32,000 nucleotides of DNA from Candidatus Saccharimonas aalborgensis (GCF_000392435.1 NC_021219.1:150001-182000), one strand, 5' to 3'; positions 1 through 9,121 are shown, counted from the first letter of the stretch. Notes: a model not told the origin generated them from the sequence alone. A program made the numbers and translations.

Positions 1-389
1 CGAGTATAGATTGCCATGGTGTTTGGATGATCAATTTGCAGTTCTACGATAATGACGTCGGTATCAGTTGCAGAGGCTATATGACGTCGCGCTGTCTTGA
101 ACACCGACCTCCATTCGCGGATACTTCCGACGTCCTGCGGAGGAGTTATGCCGAGGATCGCAAGTGGTACCGCTAACTCACTATCGACAGCAACCTCACC
201 TTCATGCATCCTGATACGAAACCGACTAGACAACACATCGGCGATCGCACGCTTGGTGCTTGTTTTGCCGACAGTGCCAGTCACGACAATGATCTTAACG
301 TCAGGATGTCTCGCAACATACTTTTTGACATACTTTTCGAGCTTTGATTGCACATATTTCTTTAGCATACTGCCTTTATCATACTGCAT
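1..389 (-). CDS. Mur ligase family protein, N-terminal part (CDS runs off the window start)
   Basis: I translated the minus strand from ATG 389 (alternative ATG 368 has a better aaagg RBS). It gives MQYDKGSMLKKYVQSKLEKYVKKYVARHPDVKIIVVTGTVGKTSTKRAIADVL... VTGTxGKTST is the Mur-ligase ATP-binding loop. It is absent from the ORF track because no stop falls in the window. The + ORF 97..423 is its antisense shadow. Confidence 0.75.
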   Translation of the reverse strand, partial: MQYDKGSMLKKYVQSKLEKYVKKYVARHPDVKIIVVTGTVGKTSTKRAIADVLSSRFRIRMHEGEVAVDSELAVPLAILGITPPQDVGSIREWRSVFKTARRHIASATDTDVIIVELQIDHPNTMAIYT

Positions 390-468
390 ACGCCTAAGGG
401 AGACTAGTCTGTATGAGTCTTGAAAAAACGTTACTCCCGAGATATACTCACTTAGTACAGTAAAATAC

Positions 469-494
469 GCGGGTTTAGCTCAGTTGTTAGAGTG
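469..494 (+). repeat. Duplicated 5' half (acceptor plus D-arm) of tRNA-Gly(GCC)
   Basis: gcgggtttagctcagttgttagag at 469-492 is identical over 24/24 nt to 647-670 of the intact tRNA 178 bp downstream. No matching T-arm or 3' acceptor follows it. Confidence 0.85.
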
Positions 495-495
495 A

Positions 496-547
496 GAATC
501 TCCGGCAGAGATTCGGAAACGGACTTTCCGATGAAAACTACGTTTTC
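496..547 (+). other. Three consecutive tight hairpins between the tRNA fragment and the intact tRNA
   Basis: Hairpin 1: gaatctc-cggca-gagattc (496-514). Hairpin 2: cggaaa-cggac-tttccg (514-530). Hairpin 3: gaaaac-tac-gttttc (533-547). All are perfect 6-7 bp stems. Function is unknown. Confidence 0.5.
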
Positions 548-2207
548 AATAGTGAAATCCGGGGGTCGCGGGACGTGACCTGCCTTGCAAGGCCAAGGAA
601 GCTAACACAGGAGCGCACCTCGTACGCACATTGTTACCAACCATACGCGGGTTTAGCTCAGTTGTTAGAGCGCTTCCTTGCCAAGGAAGAGGTCGAGAGT
701 TAGAGTCTCTTAACCCGCACCAAATATTTGAATTATGAGCCGAAAGGCTCTTTTTCTTTGCCTCAACGATGGTTCTAAAGGGGTCGTTTAGTATATAAGA
801 CAGCTTTTTGTCCTTTAATTCAATGTTTGAAAGTACGTATTCCAATAACTTCTGTCGTAGCCCCTCATCGCTCTCTTTGAACAACTGGTCAGCCCGTTGA
901 GCCAAGTCTAACAGGTAAGAGGCGGTTACTTGGAACTGTTTGTTATCATTTGTTAGCAACTTTAGGCGGTCATTCAGTTCCTGCTGTTTCTTTTCTAGCT
1001 CAGTTGCAATTTCATCGTGGAATGTCTGTGTAATACGACCCTCAAGTAAGTCATAGTAAACCTTACGCATTTTGTCCTTGAGCTTGTCGTACTCAGCACG
1101 GGTCTGCTCAATGTTTTGCGTAAAGTAGGTTTGCTGGTCGTTATGACGGTTACGCAGCTCGGCAATGACTTTATCTAACCAATTTTCTGGCACGTCTATA
1201 AACCCTATATCTGCCGCTACTTCATCAATTACGAGGCTCACGGCTGTATTAGGATTATCGCACTTGGAGTTAGCACATCGCAAATACACTGTGTTGCGAG
1301 CCTTGAATGGCGATACTGCACGTCCGCACTTGCCGCACTTCACTATCTTTTTGAGTGTAAAGTCTTTGCTATCGTACTTAGTCTTTTCGTGTTTACGCTC
1401 ATCACGGACACGCTGCACTTGGTTGAACAAGGCACGGCTGATTAGCGGCTTGTACTTGTGTGGGTACTCTCTGCCAGCGTGTACCATAACGCCATAGTAG
1501 AATGGGTTGCTCAAGATGCGTTCAAGAAACTGCTTACTTGGTGCTTTACTGCCAGCGATATTGCTACGAAAACCCATCTCACGAAGTTCTTTTGCAATGA
1601 CAGCATACGACATACCTCTTGCTCGCAGTTCATACGCTTTTACAATGTAGTGTGCCTTTGCATCATCAACTTCAATATCTTTGAGTGGTTTCTGTGGCGT
1701 ACCGCCCTTCAGCACGTTTAGATAGCCAATAGGAGCACGATGTACCCAAATGCCCTCACTCAGCATCTGCTCAAAGCGGCGTTTTACATTATCACGGATA
1801 CTATCTGAGTAGTATTTTGCCAGTGCCATACCAATACCTAGCCGAAACCAATCAGCAGCCGATGAGTTTTTATCAATGTACAGGCTATCGTTAGGGAAGT
1901 GCAGCTCAATCTTGCCTTGTTTGACCAACTGCTGCAATGCTTTTACTTCTTCTTGGCTACTATCACGAGTAAGGCGGTCTATCTTATCAAAGACTACGTA
2001 GCACAAACCAGTTTGCTTGTGGATGTGTTCAACGAGTTTGCTGAACTTCTGACGTACGTCCTTATGAGCACTCTCGTCAAACTCGTGATATTCAGAGGGT
2101 AGTTGTTTCTGTTCGGCATACCGTTCAAGCCGCAACTTCTGAGCTGGCAACGCTTTACGTTGCTCAATGTCCGATACTCGTGCGATTAGGATTAGCTTAG
2201 TTTCCAT
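546..2207 (-). CDS. Large serine recombinase/integrase
   Basis: The N-terminal resolvase catalytic motif is LIARVSDIEQ with VVFDKIDRLTRD. A recombinase domain follows, then a Zn-ribbon (KCGKCGRAV...LRCANSKC) and a C-terminal coiled coil. The last 59 codons (546-722) read antisense through tRNA-Gly and the spacer (..WCGLRDSNSRPLPWQGSALTTELNPR..), so the true C-terminus is uncertain. Confidence 0.88.
   Translation of the reverse strand: METKLILIARVSDIEQRKALPAQKLRLERYAEQKQLPSEYHEFDESAHKDVRQKFSKLVEHIHKQTGLCYVVFDKIDRLTRDSSQEEVKALQQLVKQGKIELHFPNDSLYIDKNSSAADWFRLGIGMALAKYYSDSIRDNVKRRFEQMLSEGIWVHRAPIGYLNVLKGGTPQKPLKDIEVDDAKAHYIVKAYELRARGMSYAVIAKELREMGFRSNIAGSKAPSKQFLERILSNPFYYGVMVHAGREYPHKYKPLISRALFNQVQRVRDERKHEKTKYDSKDFTLKKIVKCGKCGRAVSPFKARNTVYLRCANSKCDNPNTAVSLVIDEVAADIGFIDVPENWLDKVIAELRNRHNDQQTYFTQNIEQTRAEYDKLKDKMRKVYYDLLEGRITQTFHDEIATELEKKQQELNDRLKLLTNDNKQFQVTASYLLDLAQRADQLFKESDEGLRQKLLEYVLSNIELKDKKLSYILNDPFRTIVEAKKKSLSAHNSNIWCGLRDSNSRPLPWQGSALTTELNPRMVGNNVRTRCAPVLASLALQGRSRPATPGFHY
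647..722 (+). tRNA. tRNA-Gly (anticodon GCC), CCA encoded
   Basis: Manual cloverleaf. Acceptor is GCGGGTT/AACCCGC. D-arm is GCTC-AGTTGTTA-GAGC. Anticodon arm is CTTCC-TTGCCAA-GGAAG. T-arm is GAGAG-TTAGAGT-CTCTT. Discriminator is A, followed by CCA. Confidence 0.93.
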
Positions 2208-2234
2208 AATTGTTTACTCCTTTATAACTTAACA

Positions 2235-3419
2235 TTACTTACCAGTATTTTCAATGTTTGATAGAAAGTCAGACATACGTGTAGGCGTGAACCGCTGCAA
2301 TGCCTCGTCTATATGCACAAATGCTGTAAAGCGGTACGGGTCAGGCGATTTTAGCAATGGTTTGATGCGATACCACGCTTGCTTGCCATAACGAGCCTCA
2401 AGTACGTTACGCAGCCCGACAATACCTACTTGGCTGGTAATAACCAGTCCAGCGACTGCTGCAAGTGCAGCCTGTGGCGTTACGTCATCGTTTGCCTCAA
2501 GGTAGTTTTGCAACAGCTCGTACGGTTCTTTTACGTCAAGGGCAAGCATATCAACTGAGCTTGTGAGTTTGTTCCAGTGTTTGAGCAGTGTGTTTTGGCA
2601 CAACTTCTTTTTGTACAGGCTCTCAAATGTCCATTGCTCTAATTCGGGATAGGCTCGCTTAATAGAGGCTCTACCGACAAAACGTACTTCATACCTAAAT
2701 ACTTCCATTGGTCGGTATTCAGATAGGCTCTCAAGCAGGTTTAGCTGCACGGTGCTGTCATTCTCAAAAGCCCGTTTGCCGCTTTTCTTTGCTTTTAGCA
2801 GGTCAGCCATTTTGTCGTAAAAGGCTATATCAAGTGAGTTGGCGTGAATGTGTACGACGTGTCCATCACGAAAATCTGTTTTCTGTAAGTCGTACGTTTT
2901 ACTCACATCTAGCTTGCCCATCGTATTGAGGATTGTTTGGCACGATGTGTAATCAAGAAACACTATGTTCTTGGACGGATGCCAAGCAGCAATATCGGCG
3001 TGGGCAAGCTGTGGCTTGAAGAACTTATGACCGAGCAACTCTTGTAGTGATGCTTGTAGTGCGGTCAGCAGTGCATCAAAGTCTTTTTCTTCCAGCTCAT
3101 CAAAGTTATTGCCGAACAACATCTTTGGTGCTGAAAACTCAGCTGCTAACTGGTAGACAACGCCGAACTTTGTCATTCGCTTGTACATTGTCAAACGGGG
3201 CATATACTTGCCCATCTTGCCGTAGGTTGGCGATGGGTTGAGAAATGTCTTGCCGTAGCCTCTACTGTTCACAAGCTGCTCAAGTGTGATTGGTGTAAAC
3301 CTGCTACCGTCAAAGATGAGCGGATTATGTACGGGTATGAGTAGTTTTACTGTGTCTATCATACTGTTCATCACTTCTTTCAAATAACTCAATGCACTTT
3401 GCGACAACCGCTTGCTCAA
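2235..3419 (-). CDS. Phage/plasmid replication-initiator-like protein (gene II/X, CRI-like)
   Basis: The N-terminus MNSMIDTVKLLIPV and the motif FSAPKMLFGNNFDEL resemble the MIDxxxL.. and SLPKLLxGxN signatures of rolling-circle-type phage/plasmid Rep proteins. The start may be an internal Met at 3371 or 3362. Confidence 0.5.
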   Translation of the reverse strand: MSKRLSQSALSYLKEVMNSMIDTVKLLIPVHNPLIFDGSRFTPITLEQLVNSRGYGKTFLNPSPTYGKMGKYMPRLTMYKRMTKFGVVYQLAAEFSAPKMLFGNNFDELEEKDFDALLTALQASLQELLGHKFFKPQLAHADIAAWHPSKNIVFLDYTSCQTILNTMGKLDVSKTYDLQKTDFRDGHVVHIHANSLDIAFYDKMADLLKAKKSGKRAFENDSTVQLNLLESLSEYRPMEVFRYEVRFVGRASIKRAYPELEQWTFESLYKKKLCQNTLLKHWNKLTSSVDMLALDVKEPYELLQNYLEANDDVTPQAALAAVAGLVITSQVGIVGLRNVLEARYGKQAWYRIKPLLKSPDPYRFTAFVHIDEALQRFTPTRMSDFLSNIENTGK

Positions 3420-3636
3420 TTAGCTTGCCAGCCTCTTTGGTTACAGGATGGAAGTAGTTGAGCTGACGTGAACCTATCCTTTTGGTCGGGTAGGTTATGC
3501 GGTAGCCAGTGCCATTTAGTAACTGGTGTACGCCGAGCGAGCCGACATACAACTGACCGTCAATTACACAGTTTGCAAAAGCTACAAGCCCATCAGTCGG
3601 TTTGACTGGCGTGATATTTACTTCGCTAACGGTCAT
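3325..3636 (-). CDS. SpoVG-family nucleic-acid-binding protein
   Basis: VNITPVKPTDGLVAFANCVIDGQLYVGSLGVHQ...YRITYPTKRIG...YFHPVTKEAGKLIEQAVVAK is colinear with the SpoVG pattern (V.I....G.LKAFA.v..D..f.v..i.V......PS.k.....d..HPi..e.R..i..Av). Confidence 0.7.
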   Translation of the reverse strand: MTVSEVNITPVKPTDGLVAFANCVIDGQLYVGSLGVHQLLNGTGYRITYPTKRIGSRQLNYFHPVTKEAGKLIEQAVVAKCIELFERSDEQYDRHSKTTHTRT

Positions 3637-3710
3637 AGTTTTTACGTTCCTCAGCTGCCTTTTGGTGCTTGTTAGCCCAGAGCCAAAACGTCATAAGCCA
3701 ATCAATTAGC

Positions 3711-3920
3711 TTACGCAGCGACACTTGAAGTATTTTGTAAATCGTTACCATCTTCATCATTCCTCTCATTACGTTGTTTCTGAGCAAAATCCATCTGTAT
3801 AAGCACGTCAAAGAAACCAGTAAGGTTACGAATAGCCTCATCGCTTAACTCAGCAGCCACGCCATCGTTTGCGGCGTTATTTTGTGGTTCTGCTGGTAGT
3901 GGTTTATTCTTCGTTGACAT
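3711..3920 (-). CDS. Small acidic hypothetical protein
   Basis: A 69-aa ORF sitting in operon position between the 534-aa and SpoVG-like genes. I preferred it over the overlapping low-quality ORF 3626..3841. Confidence 0.4.
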   Translation of the reverse strand: MSTKNKPLPAEPQNNAANDGVAAELSDEAIRNLTGFFDVLIQMDFAQKQRNERNDEDGNDLQNTSSVAA

Positions 3921-4007
3921 ATAAAAAGTAGCCTCACTAACAAGACTACTTTCACGGCATACGAGCCAACCTAGACGCTCACTGGCTCACATTTCGCTCA
4001 CATTTTA

Positions 4008-5612
4008 CTACTGATATTTTGCAGTAATTCGCACTTTTGCGGCTTTATAGCTTAGTAACTTTCCTATACCTAGTTGCTCTCGTGCTTTTTTATTTACCCT
4101 AAGCATTGCATCGTATACGGCACGTTGGCTATCTTGGCTTTTTGTCGTGTACTCAAGAATGTCATCTTCCTTTGCGGCTGCTTTGCGGTTTTTGAAAACT
4201 AACTTGCAGATGTAGTATTCAAGCGTTTCGTCTGGTATACCGCAACTCTTACCCTCAAAGGTTAGCCTACTCGCTTTCGCATCAAACCTTACTTTATCCT
4301 GAGACACGTTTGTTTTCTCAGGCTCGGCAGGTTCGTTATCGTCATCACGGAGCGGAGCAGTATCGTCGGGGTACACAGGCTGTGGTTTCGGTTCTTTGTT
4401 GATAACGACCCCTTTCTTACGAAAGTCTTTCGCAAACGCATCAGCTCGCTTGTACCAGTTATCGGCAGCCTCACGGGCAGCCTTTTTATGTTCGGCTATC
4501 AGTCCGTCAATTTCTTCAAACAGTGCTGCTAGTTTATCGTCAAGCTCAAACTCAACGTGGTTACTGAGCATCCAATCCTTTTGTAGTTTGGCGTAATACT
4601 TCAATACTTCCGCACGGCTATATTGCCATCCCTCGCCAATGTCTTCGGCGTGTCCGAGCAATGTGTCGTACAGTTCGGGTGCAGCCTTTTCCCAGCTTTT
4701 CATTGTTTGCTTGCTGAGTGTGCTTTCTATCAAAGAAGTTAGCTTTATGTACGCAAAGTCTAGTTTGTCATCTTCAATAACTACGCCAGCCGAAACGACT
4801 GCATCCAATATGGCGATAACCCTGTTGTATAACAGTCTTAGCAGGTAAACGTCTTGCTGATGTTCCAATTCGGCGTTGCCAAGCAGCTCGTCAGCCAGTG
4901 CCTCAAATCCCGAAAGTACGTCAATACTATAAGTAAGCTCCTCAAGTATTTCAGCAAACATTTCTTCGGTTGTCTTACCAACGTCAGATGCTATTTCATA
5001 CACATCAACTTGTGTTGACGGCGGTATGTCGGCTTGGCTTGCGTAGGTGTTATTGGCGGTATACTTTATGACCTTTTTATCGTTTGCTAGTATGTCCAGC
5101 ACCTGTTTTTGCTCTCTTAGCCTTATGCCTTTCGCATCAAGGTTGCCTGAAAATACAATTACAGCGTTTCCAGTAACCAAGCCTTGATATGCGTCGTTTA
5201 TTTCTTCAACAACGGCTTGTATTTTCTCTTTGCCTGTCATAACGCCATTCTTCTTGGCACTCGCTTGAGCGTACGATATTTTGGGGGTTGCAGCCGCTGG
5301 CTCAGGTTTTTCGCCTATCCAATCAAGGTATTTCGGATCTTTACGCAATTCCTGCACGTAGTTATCAAAGTCAGGCAATATCTCAACCAGATATTTGTTA
5401 TAGGTTTGGTCGGTAGGCATAGCAATAAGCCGAGCAGCATTATGCTCTTTCTCTATCTTCTCAACCATCTGAACAAAGTCCATCGGCGGATAGTGATTGT
5501 TTAGGTCGTTTGCAGGGTGCAAACCAATGGGCTTACCATCCTCAGTAACTTCACGTTCGTCAAGCAGTCTGTTGATAAAAAACCATATTTTTTCTTTGCC
5601 GTGTAAACTCAT
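4008..5612 (-). CDS. Hypothetical protein (534 aa), first gene of the minus-strand mobile-element operon
   Basis: A long uninterrupted ORF with an acidic, coiled-coil-rich middle and a basic C-terminus. I recognised no family. Confidence 0.7.
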   Translation of the reverse strand: MSLHGKEKIWFFINRLLDEREVTEDGKPIGLHPANDLNNHYPPMDFVQMVEKIEKEHNAARLIAMPTDQTYNKYLVEILPDFDNYVQELRKDPKYLDWIGEKPEPAAATPKISYAQASAKKNGVMTGKEKIQAVVEEINDAYQGLVTGNAVIVFSGNLDAKGIRLREQKQVLDILANDKKVIKYTANNTYASQADIPPSTQVDVYEIASDVGKTTEEMFAEILEELTYSIDVLSGFEALADELLGNAELEHQQDVYLLRLLYNRVIAILDAVVSAGVVIEDDKLDFAYIKLTSLIESTLSKQTMKSWEKAAPELYDTLLGHAEDIGEGWQYSRAEVLKYYAKLQKDWMLSNHVEFELDDKLAALFEEIDGLIAEHKKAAREAADNWYKRADAFAKDFRKKGVVINKEPKPQPVYPDDTAPLRDDDNEPAEPEKTNVSQDKVRFDAKASRLTFEGKSCGIPDETLEYYICKLVFKNRKAAAKEDDILEYTTKSQDSQRAVYDAMLRVNKKAREQLGIGKLLSYKAAKVRITAKYQ

Positions 5613-5647
5613 AACTCATCACATCTTTCTTATCACGCCACTGGTAA

Positions 5648-5869
5648 GTGTTGTATAGTTATAGTATGCCACAAAGAAGTAAAAAAGAGCCGAAACTACT
5701 CACATTGAAACAGGCGTGTGAGATTTTGAATTGCCATCCAAACACGCTACGAGCTTGGGATGAAAAAGGCTACTTAGTTGCAGTACGTTTTGGCACACGT
5801 AGAGATAGACGATATAAACGAGAAGATGTGATGAAACTATTGGAAAAAAATGACAAAACAAAACACTGA
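5648..5869 (+). CDS. Excisionase/MerR-type HTH DNA-binding protein
   Basis: LTLKQACEILNCHPNTLRAWDEKGYLVAVRFGTRRDRRYKREDV is a typical HTH_17/excisionase-family helix-turn-helix. The likely start is Met at 5666. It diverges from the element operon. Confidence 0.7.
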   Translation: MLYSYSMPQRSKKEPKLLTLKQACEILNCHPNTLRAWDEKGYLVAVRFGTRRDRRYKREDVMKLLEKNDKTKH

Positions 5870-6524
5870 ACACACACATACTCACGATGACCATCATCAC
5901 GCACACGGCGAACACGGACACTCGCACGGTATAGTAGACCCGTCTATAGTTCGCTCTAAGCAGGGCGTGAAAGCAGTTAGCCTTAGTTTCCTGGTATTGC
6001 TTGTAACGGCTCTTTTACAGGGTACAGTGTACCTCTCAGGGCATAGCGTAGCCTTATTGTCTGACCTGATACACAACTTTGGCGATGCTCTAACGGCTAT
6101 TCCGCTTGGCTTAGCTTTTTTCTTTCGGAGTAAAAAGGGCGAGCATTGGGCTGGCTACTTCGTGGTAATTCTGATTTTTGTCAGTGCTTGCGTTGCTTTA
6201 TATGAGGTTATTCAACGGTTTATACACCCTCAGTCACTAACAAATCTTTGGGCTATTTTTGCGGCAGGTGTCGTTGGTTTCTTGGGCAATGAGCTTGCAG
6301 CCATTATCCGCACACGGGCAGGTAAAAAGCTGGACAGCCCCGCTCTGATAGCTGACGGCAAACACGCTCACGTTGACGGCTTGGTTAGTCTCGGCGTAGT
6401 TGTCAGCACGATATTCGTAGCACTTGGCTTTCAACAGGCTGACCCGATTGTTGGCTTGTTCATTACATTGCTTATTCTACGAATAACGTGGCAGTCGTGG
6501 CAAACAATTAGGAAAGCAGCCTAG
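5850..6524 (+). CDS. Cation diffusion facilitator, transmembrane domain only, His-rich N-terminus
   Basis: The N-terminus is HTHTHDDHHHAHGEHGHSHG. The CDF metal-site motifs are SVALLSDLIHNFGD (TM2) and ALIADGKHAHVDG (TM5). At 224 aa it has no C-terminal cytoplasmic domain. Confidence 0.8.
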   Translation: MTKQNTEHTHTHDDHHHAHGEHGHSHGIVDPSIVRSKQGVKAVSLSFLVLLVTALLQGTVYLSGHSVALLSDLIHNFGDALTAIPLGLAFFFRSKKGEHWAGYFVVILIFVSACVALYEVIQRFIHPQSLTNLWAIFAAGVVGFLGNELAAIIRTRAGKKLDSPALIADGKHAHVDGLVSLGVVVSTIFVALGFQQADPIVGLFITLLILRITWQSWQTIRKAA

Positions 6525-6526
6525 CT

Positions 6527-7411
6527 ATGAGCCACAGTCACGATAACAATGACGGTAGTATCAAGTTCGGATTGGTATTGAACACTGCGTTTACTATTGT
6601 TGAGTTTGTCTTTGGCATACTAACAGGCAGCCTTGCATTGATAGCAGATGCAGCTCACAATTTGACAGATACGTTTACACTATCTGTATCTTTTGCAGCC
6701 AACCGTCTAGCTCGGCGTGAGGCAAATGACAGCAAAACCTTTGGCTATGGACGGGCAACCATCTTGGCTGCATTGCTTAACGCAAGCGTAATGCTCGCTG
6801 TGGCTGCCTTTATTGTTATTGAAGCCATACAGCGACTTGGTAATCCGCACCCAGTAGAGGGCGGTGTGGTAGCTGCCGTTGCATTTGTGGGCATACTGGT
6901 AAACGGCTCAATCGCTATAGTCTTATCAAAGAACCGTAAAGACCTAAATATGCGTAGTGCCTTTGTGGATATGGTATTTGATGCACTGTCTTCACTCGGT
7001 GCGGTTGTAGCTGGTTTGATTATCTGGCTGACAGGCATAACGTGGGTAGATAGTGCTGTTGGTTTAGTGATTGCAGCCTTACTGGTATACAACACGCTCA
7101 AGATACTGCGAGAAGCGGTACAAATACTGCTTGAGGGTACGCCTAAAGAGCTAGATGTTACGGCGATAACTCAAGCCATTACAGATACTGATAAAGTCTT
7201 GTCGGTTGATGATATGCACGTCTGGGCTATTCGCTCTGGCTACAATGCCTTGAGTTGCCATATAGCAATTGACGAGGCTGACTTGAAGCAAAGCCGTGAC
7301 ATAGTGGAGGTTGTAAAAGCTAAGTTACGGACTAGCTATGATATTCAGCACGCCACAATTGAGGTTGAGTTGGAAGACTGCACTACGCACGATGAACACG
7401 AACGACACTAG
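6527..7411 (+). CDS. czcD: Cation diffusion facilitator (CzcD/ZitB-like), full length
   Basis: Motifs are GSLALIADAAHNLTD, KTFGYGRATILAALLNA and VFDALSSLG, plus a C-terminal domain (VDDMHVWAIRSGYNALSCHI). Confidence 0.85.
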   Translation: MSHSHDNNDGSIKFGLVLNTAFTIVEFVFGILTGSLALIADAAHNLTDTFTLSVSFAANRLARREANDSKTFGYGRATILAALLNASVMLAVAAFIVIEAIQRLGNPHPVEGGVVAAVAFVGILVNGSIAIVLSKNRKDLNMRSAFVDMVFDALSSLGAVVAGLIIWLTGITWVDSAVGLVIAALLVYNTLKILREAVQILLEGTPKELDVTAITQAITDTDKVLSVDDMHVWAIRSGYNALSCHIAIDEADLKQSRDIVEVVKAKLRTSYDIQHATIEVELEDCTTHDEHERH

Positions 7412-8054
7412 CGATACAAAACCCGATGACTATGCGTGGAAGCCAAAAGGCTTGCCTATTAAGGTACAGGGCGTTGCGATTGACCCTTATCTTGCGTTTA
7501 AGCACTTTGTAATGCCCGCTCTGGGTGACCCTAACTGGATTGAAGATAGCAGCAAAGTAATTGATACGGGTATGAGCAAACGGGAGTGGATTGGGCTTAT
7601 CATTCACGCAATCGCACTGATGGACTTAACGGGCGATGACCTGCGTGTAGCTAAGATGCTAGATAATGACGATGGCGGCTTGGTTCGTGGCGAAAGTGAA
7701 GCCGTATACGTGGAGCAGACGCTTGCAACGCACAAGAACAAGAAGCACGATACTCTGCTTGAGACTGTTGCCGAGCGGGTTGAAGACAAGTCGTCTAAAG
7801 GCGAGGGTTACGCTGCTAATATGCACCTAATAGTGTTCTGCAATATGGACGGCGACCTGCAAGAGACTGAATTGGCTAAGATAGTATCCGAGGGCAGGTT
7901 TAATATCGTCAATATCTTCGGCTTTAACAGTAAGGACAGGCACTACCTGTCACTATTGTTTGATAGAGACAAAGCCGATGCACCAATACACAGGTGTGCC
8001 ATCAGCGAGACAAAGTTGATTGAGCAAGCTAACAATTCTCAAAAAGTAACGTGA
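7392..8054 (+). CDS. Hypothetical protein
   Basis: ORF 7338..8054. The likely start is ATG 7392 (MNTNDTSD...), overlapping the CDF stop by 20 nt. I recognised no family. Confidence 0.55.
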   Translation: MNTNDTSDTKPDDYAWKPKGLPIKVQGVAIDPYLAFKHFVMPALGDPNWIEDSSKVIDTGMSKREWIGLIIHAIALMDLTGDDLRVAKMLDNDDGGLVRGESEAVYVEQTLATHKNKKHDTLLETVAERVEDKSSKGEGYAANMHLIVFCNMDGDLQETELAKIVSEGRFNIVNIFGFNSKDRHYLSLLFDRDKADAPIHRCAISETKLIEQANNSQKVT

Positions 8055-9007
8055 TGAAGAAGCTGAAAAAACTACTGACCAATCGGAACAACTACGTTGA
8101 TACCTCGCTGATAACGGCTCTGCAAAGCTGCTCCGATAAACCGCCCGTCAAGCTGATTGAACACTGCAATTCGCTCAACAATAGCTACAAGAAACAAAAC
8201 TACACAACTGTTGCCATTGTCATACGAGGGGTGCTGGATTACATACCGACCATTTTTGGTTTTGCCAATACTACTCAGGTTTACTCGGAATTACAGGGTA
8301 AACGAACATTCAAGGACGCATTGAAACAGCTTGACCAAGCCAGTCGTAACCTTGCAGATGATGGTTTGCACAGCCCAGCTCGTAAAGATGAAACACTTAA
8401 GGTCAGTAAGCTAACCGTTGATAACTTGCAAGGTAACCTTGCTATCGTGCTGAGCGAAACGGCTGCCCAGTTACGAACAAAGGATTTGCGTGACGATGGA
8501 AACGCCAAGTTAGACGAGCAAAGAGCCGTAAAACCCAAGCGACAAAAGTCGCAACTGGAAACCTTTGAGGATTATATTGTAAGTAAGCAGTGGACTGAGC
8601 AGGAGCTAGACGGCGATACGGTTTGGATTTGCGAAACGGATAATCTCTACCAGATACACAGCAAAGGCGATTATGACGAGTTTAGTGAACCGTGGACACA
8701 GGTTTACCCCGACAGCAGAGGCTCAGGCAAGCATAGTGTTGACCTTGTATATGCTGGCACAATCATCAAGCGATTTACGTTCATCTACTGTGACGGTGGT
8801 CGTATAAGTGTAGTTATGCCTGAGCTTTATATAGCACCTGAACACAGGTATCCACAGCGTAAGTTCAAAGAGGATGATAAAGACTATCGTGAGTACATCT
8901 GGGAAAAGGACAGCCTCAAGTTCAAGTTGATGATGCTCATCGGTAGCTTTTACATTTACAACACTCCAGAGGGAGTGGCTAAGCACTCAAATATACAGAT
9001 AAAATAG
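8051..9007 (+). CDS. Hypothetical protein
   Basis: A 318-aa ORF whose start overlaps the upstream stop (gtgATGa), implying translational coupling. I recognised no family. Confidence 0.6.
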   Translation: MMKKLKKLLTNRNNYVDTSLITALQSCSDKPPVKLIEHCNSLNNSYKKQNYTTVAIVIRGVLDYIPTIFGFANTTQVYSELQGKRTFKDALKQLDQASRNLADDGLHSPARKDETLKVSKLTVDNLQGNLAIVLSETAAQLRTKDLRDDGNAKLDEQRAVKPKRQKSQLETFEDYIVSKQWTEQELDGDTVWICETDNLYQIHSKGDYDEFSEPWTQVYPDSRGSGKHSVDLVYAGTIIKRFTFIYCDGGRISVVMPELYIAPEHRYPQRKFKEDDKDYREYIWEKDSLKFKLMMLIGSFYIYNTPEGVAKHSNIQIK

Positions 9008-9121
9008 CTATCCAAAAACGCTTGGTCATTCTGCCCCCATAAATTCGGCATTTACACTGCGGAGTGCTGTGTTGGCAGAATAAAGGGCGACTACCCCCCT
9101 ACCAACACGTCGTTTGCATAG

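Noticed and set aside
97-423. 108-aa plus-strand ORF
   Set aside because: It is the antisense shadow of the minus-strand Mur-ligase gene, which has a clear GTxGKTST P-loop. The ORF has low-complexity composition and no start context.
469-545. A second complete tRNA (anticodon-like arm aatct-ccggcag-agatt, GGC) starting at 469
   Set aside because: Position 33 would be C. There is no T-arm and no 3' acceptor strand complementary to gcgggtt before the real tRNA.
3626-3841. 71-aa minus-strand ORF overlapping 3711..3920
   Set aside because: Its composition is hydrophobic and Trp/Leu-rich in a junk-like way, and it overlaps a more plausible acidic ORF in another frame. Only one can be real, and I kept 3711..3920 at low confidence.
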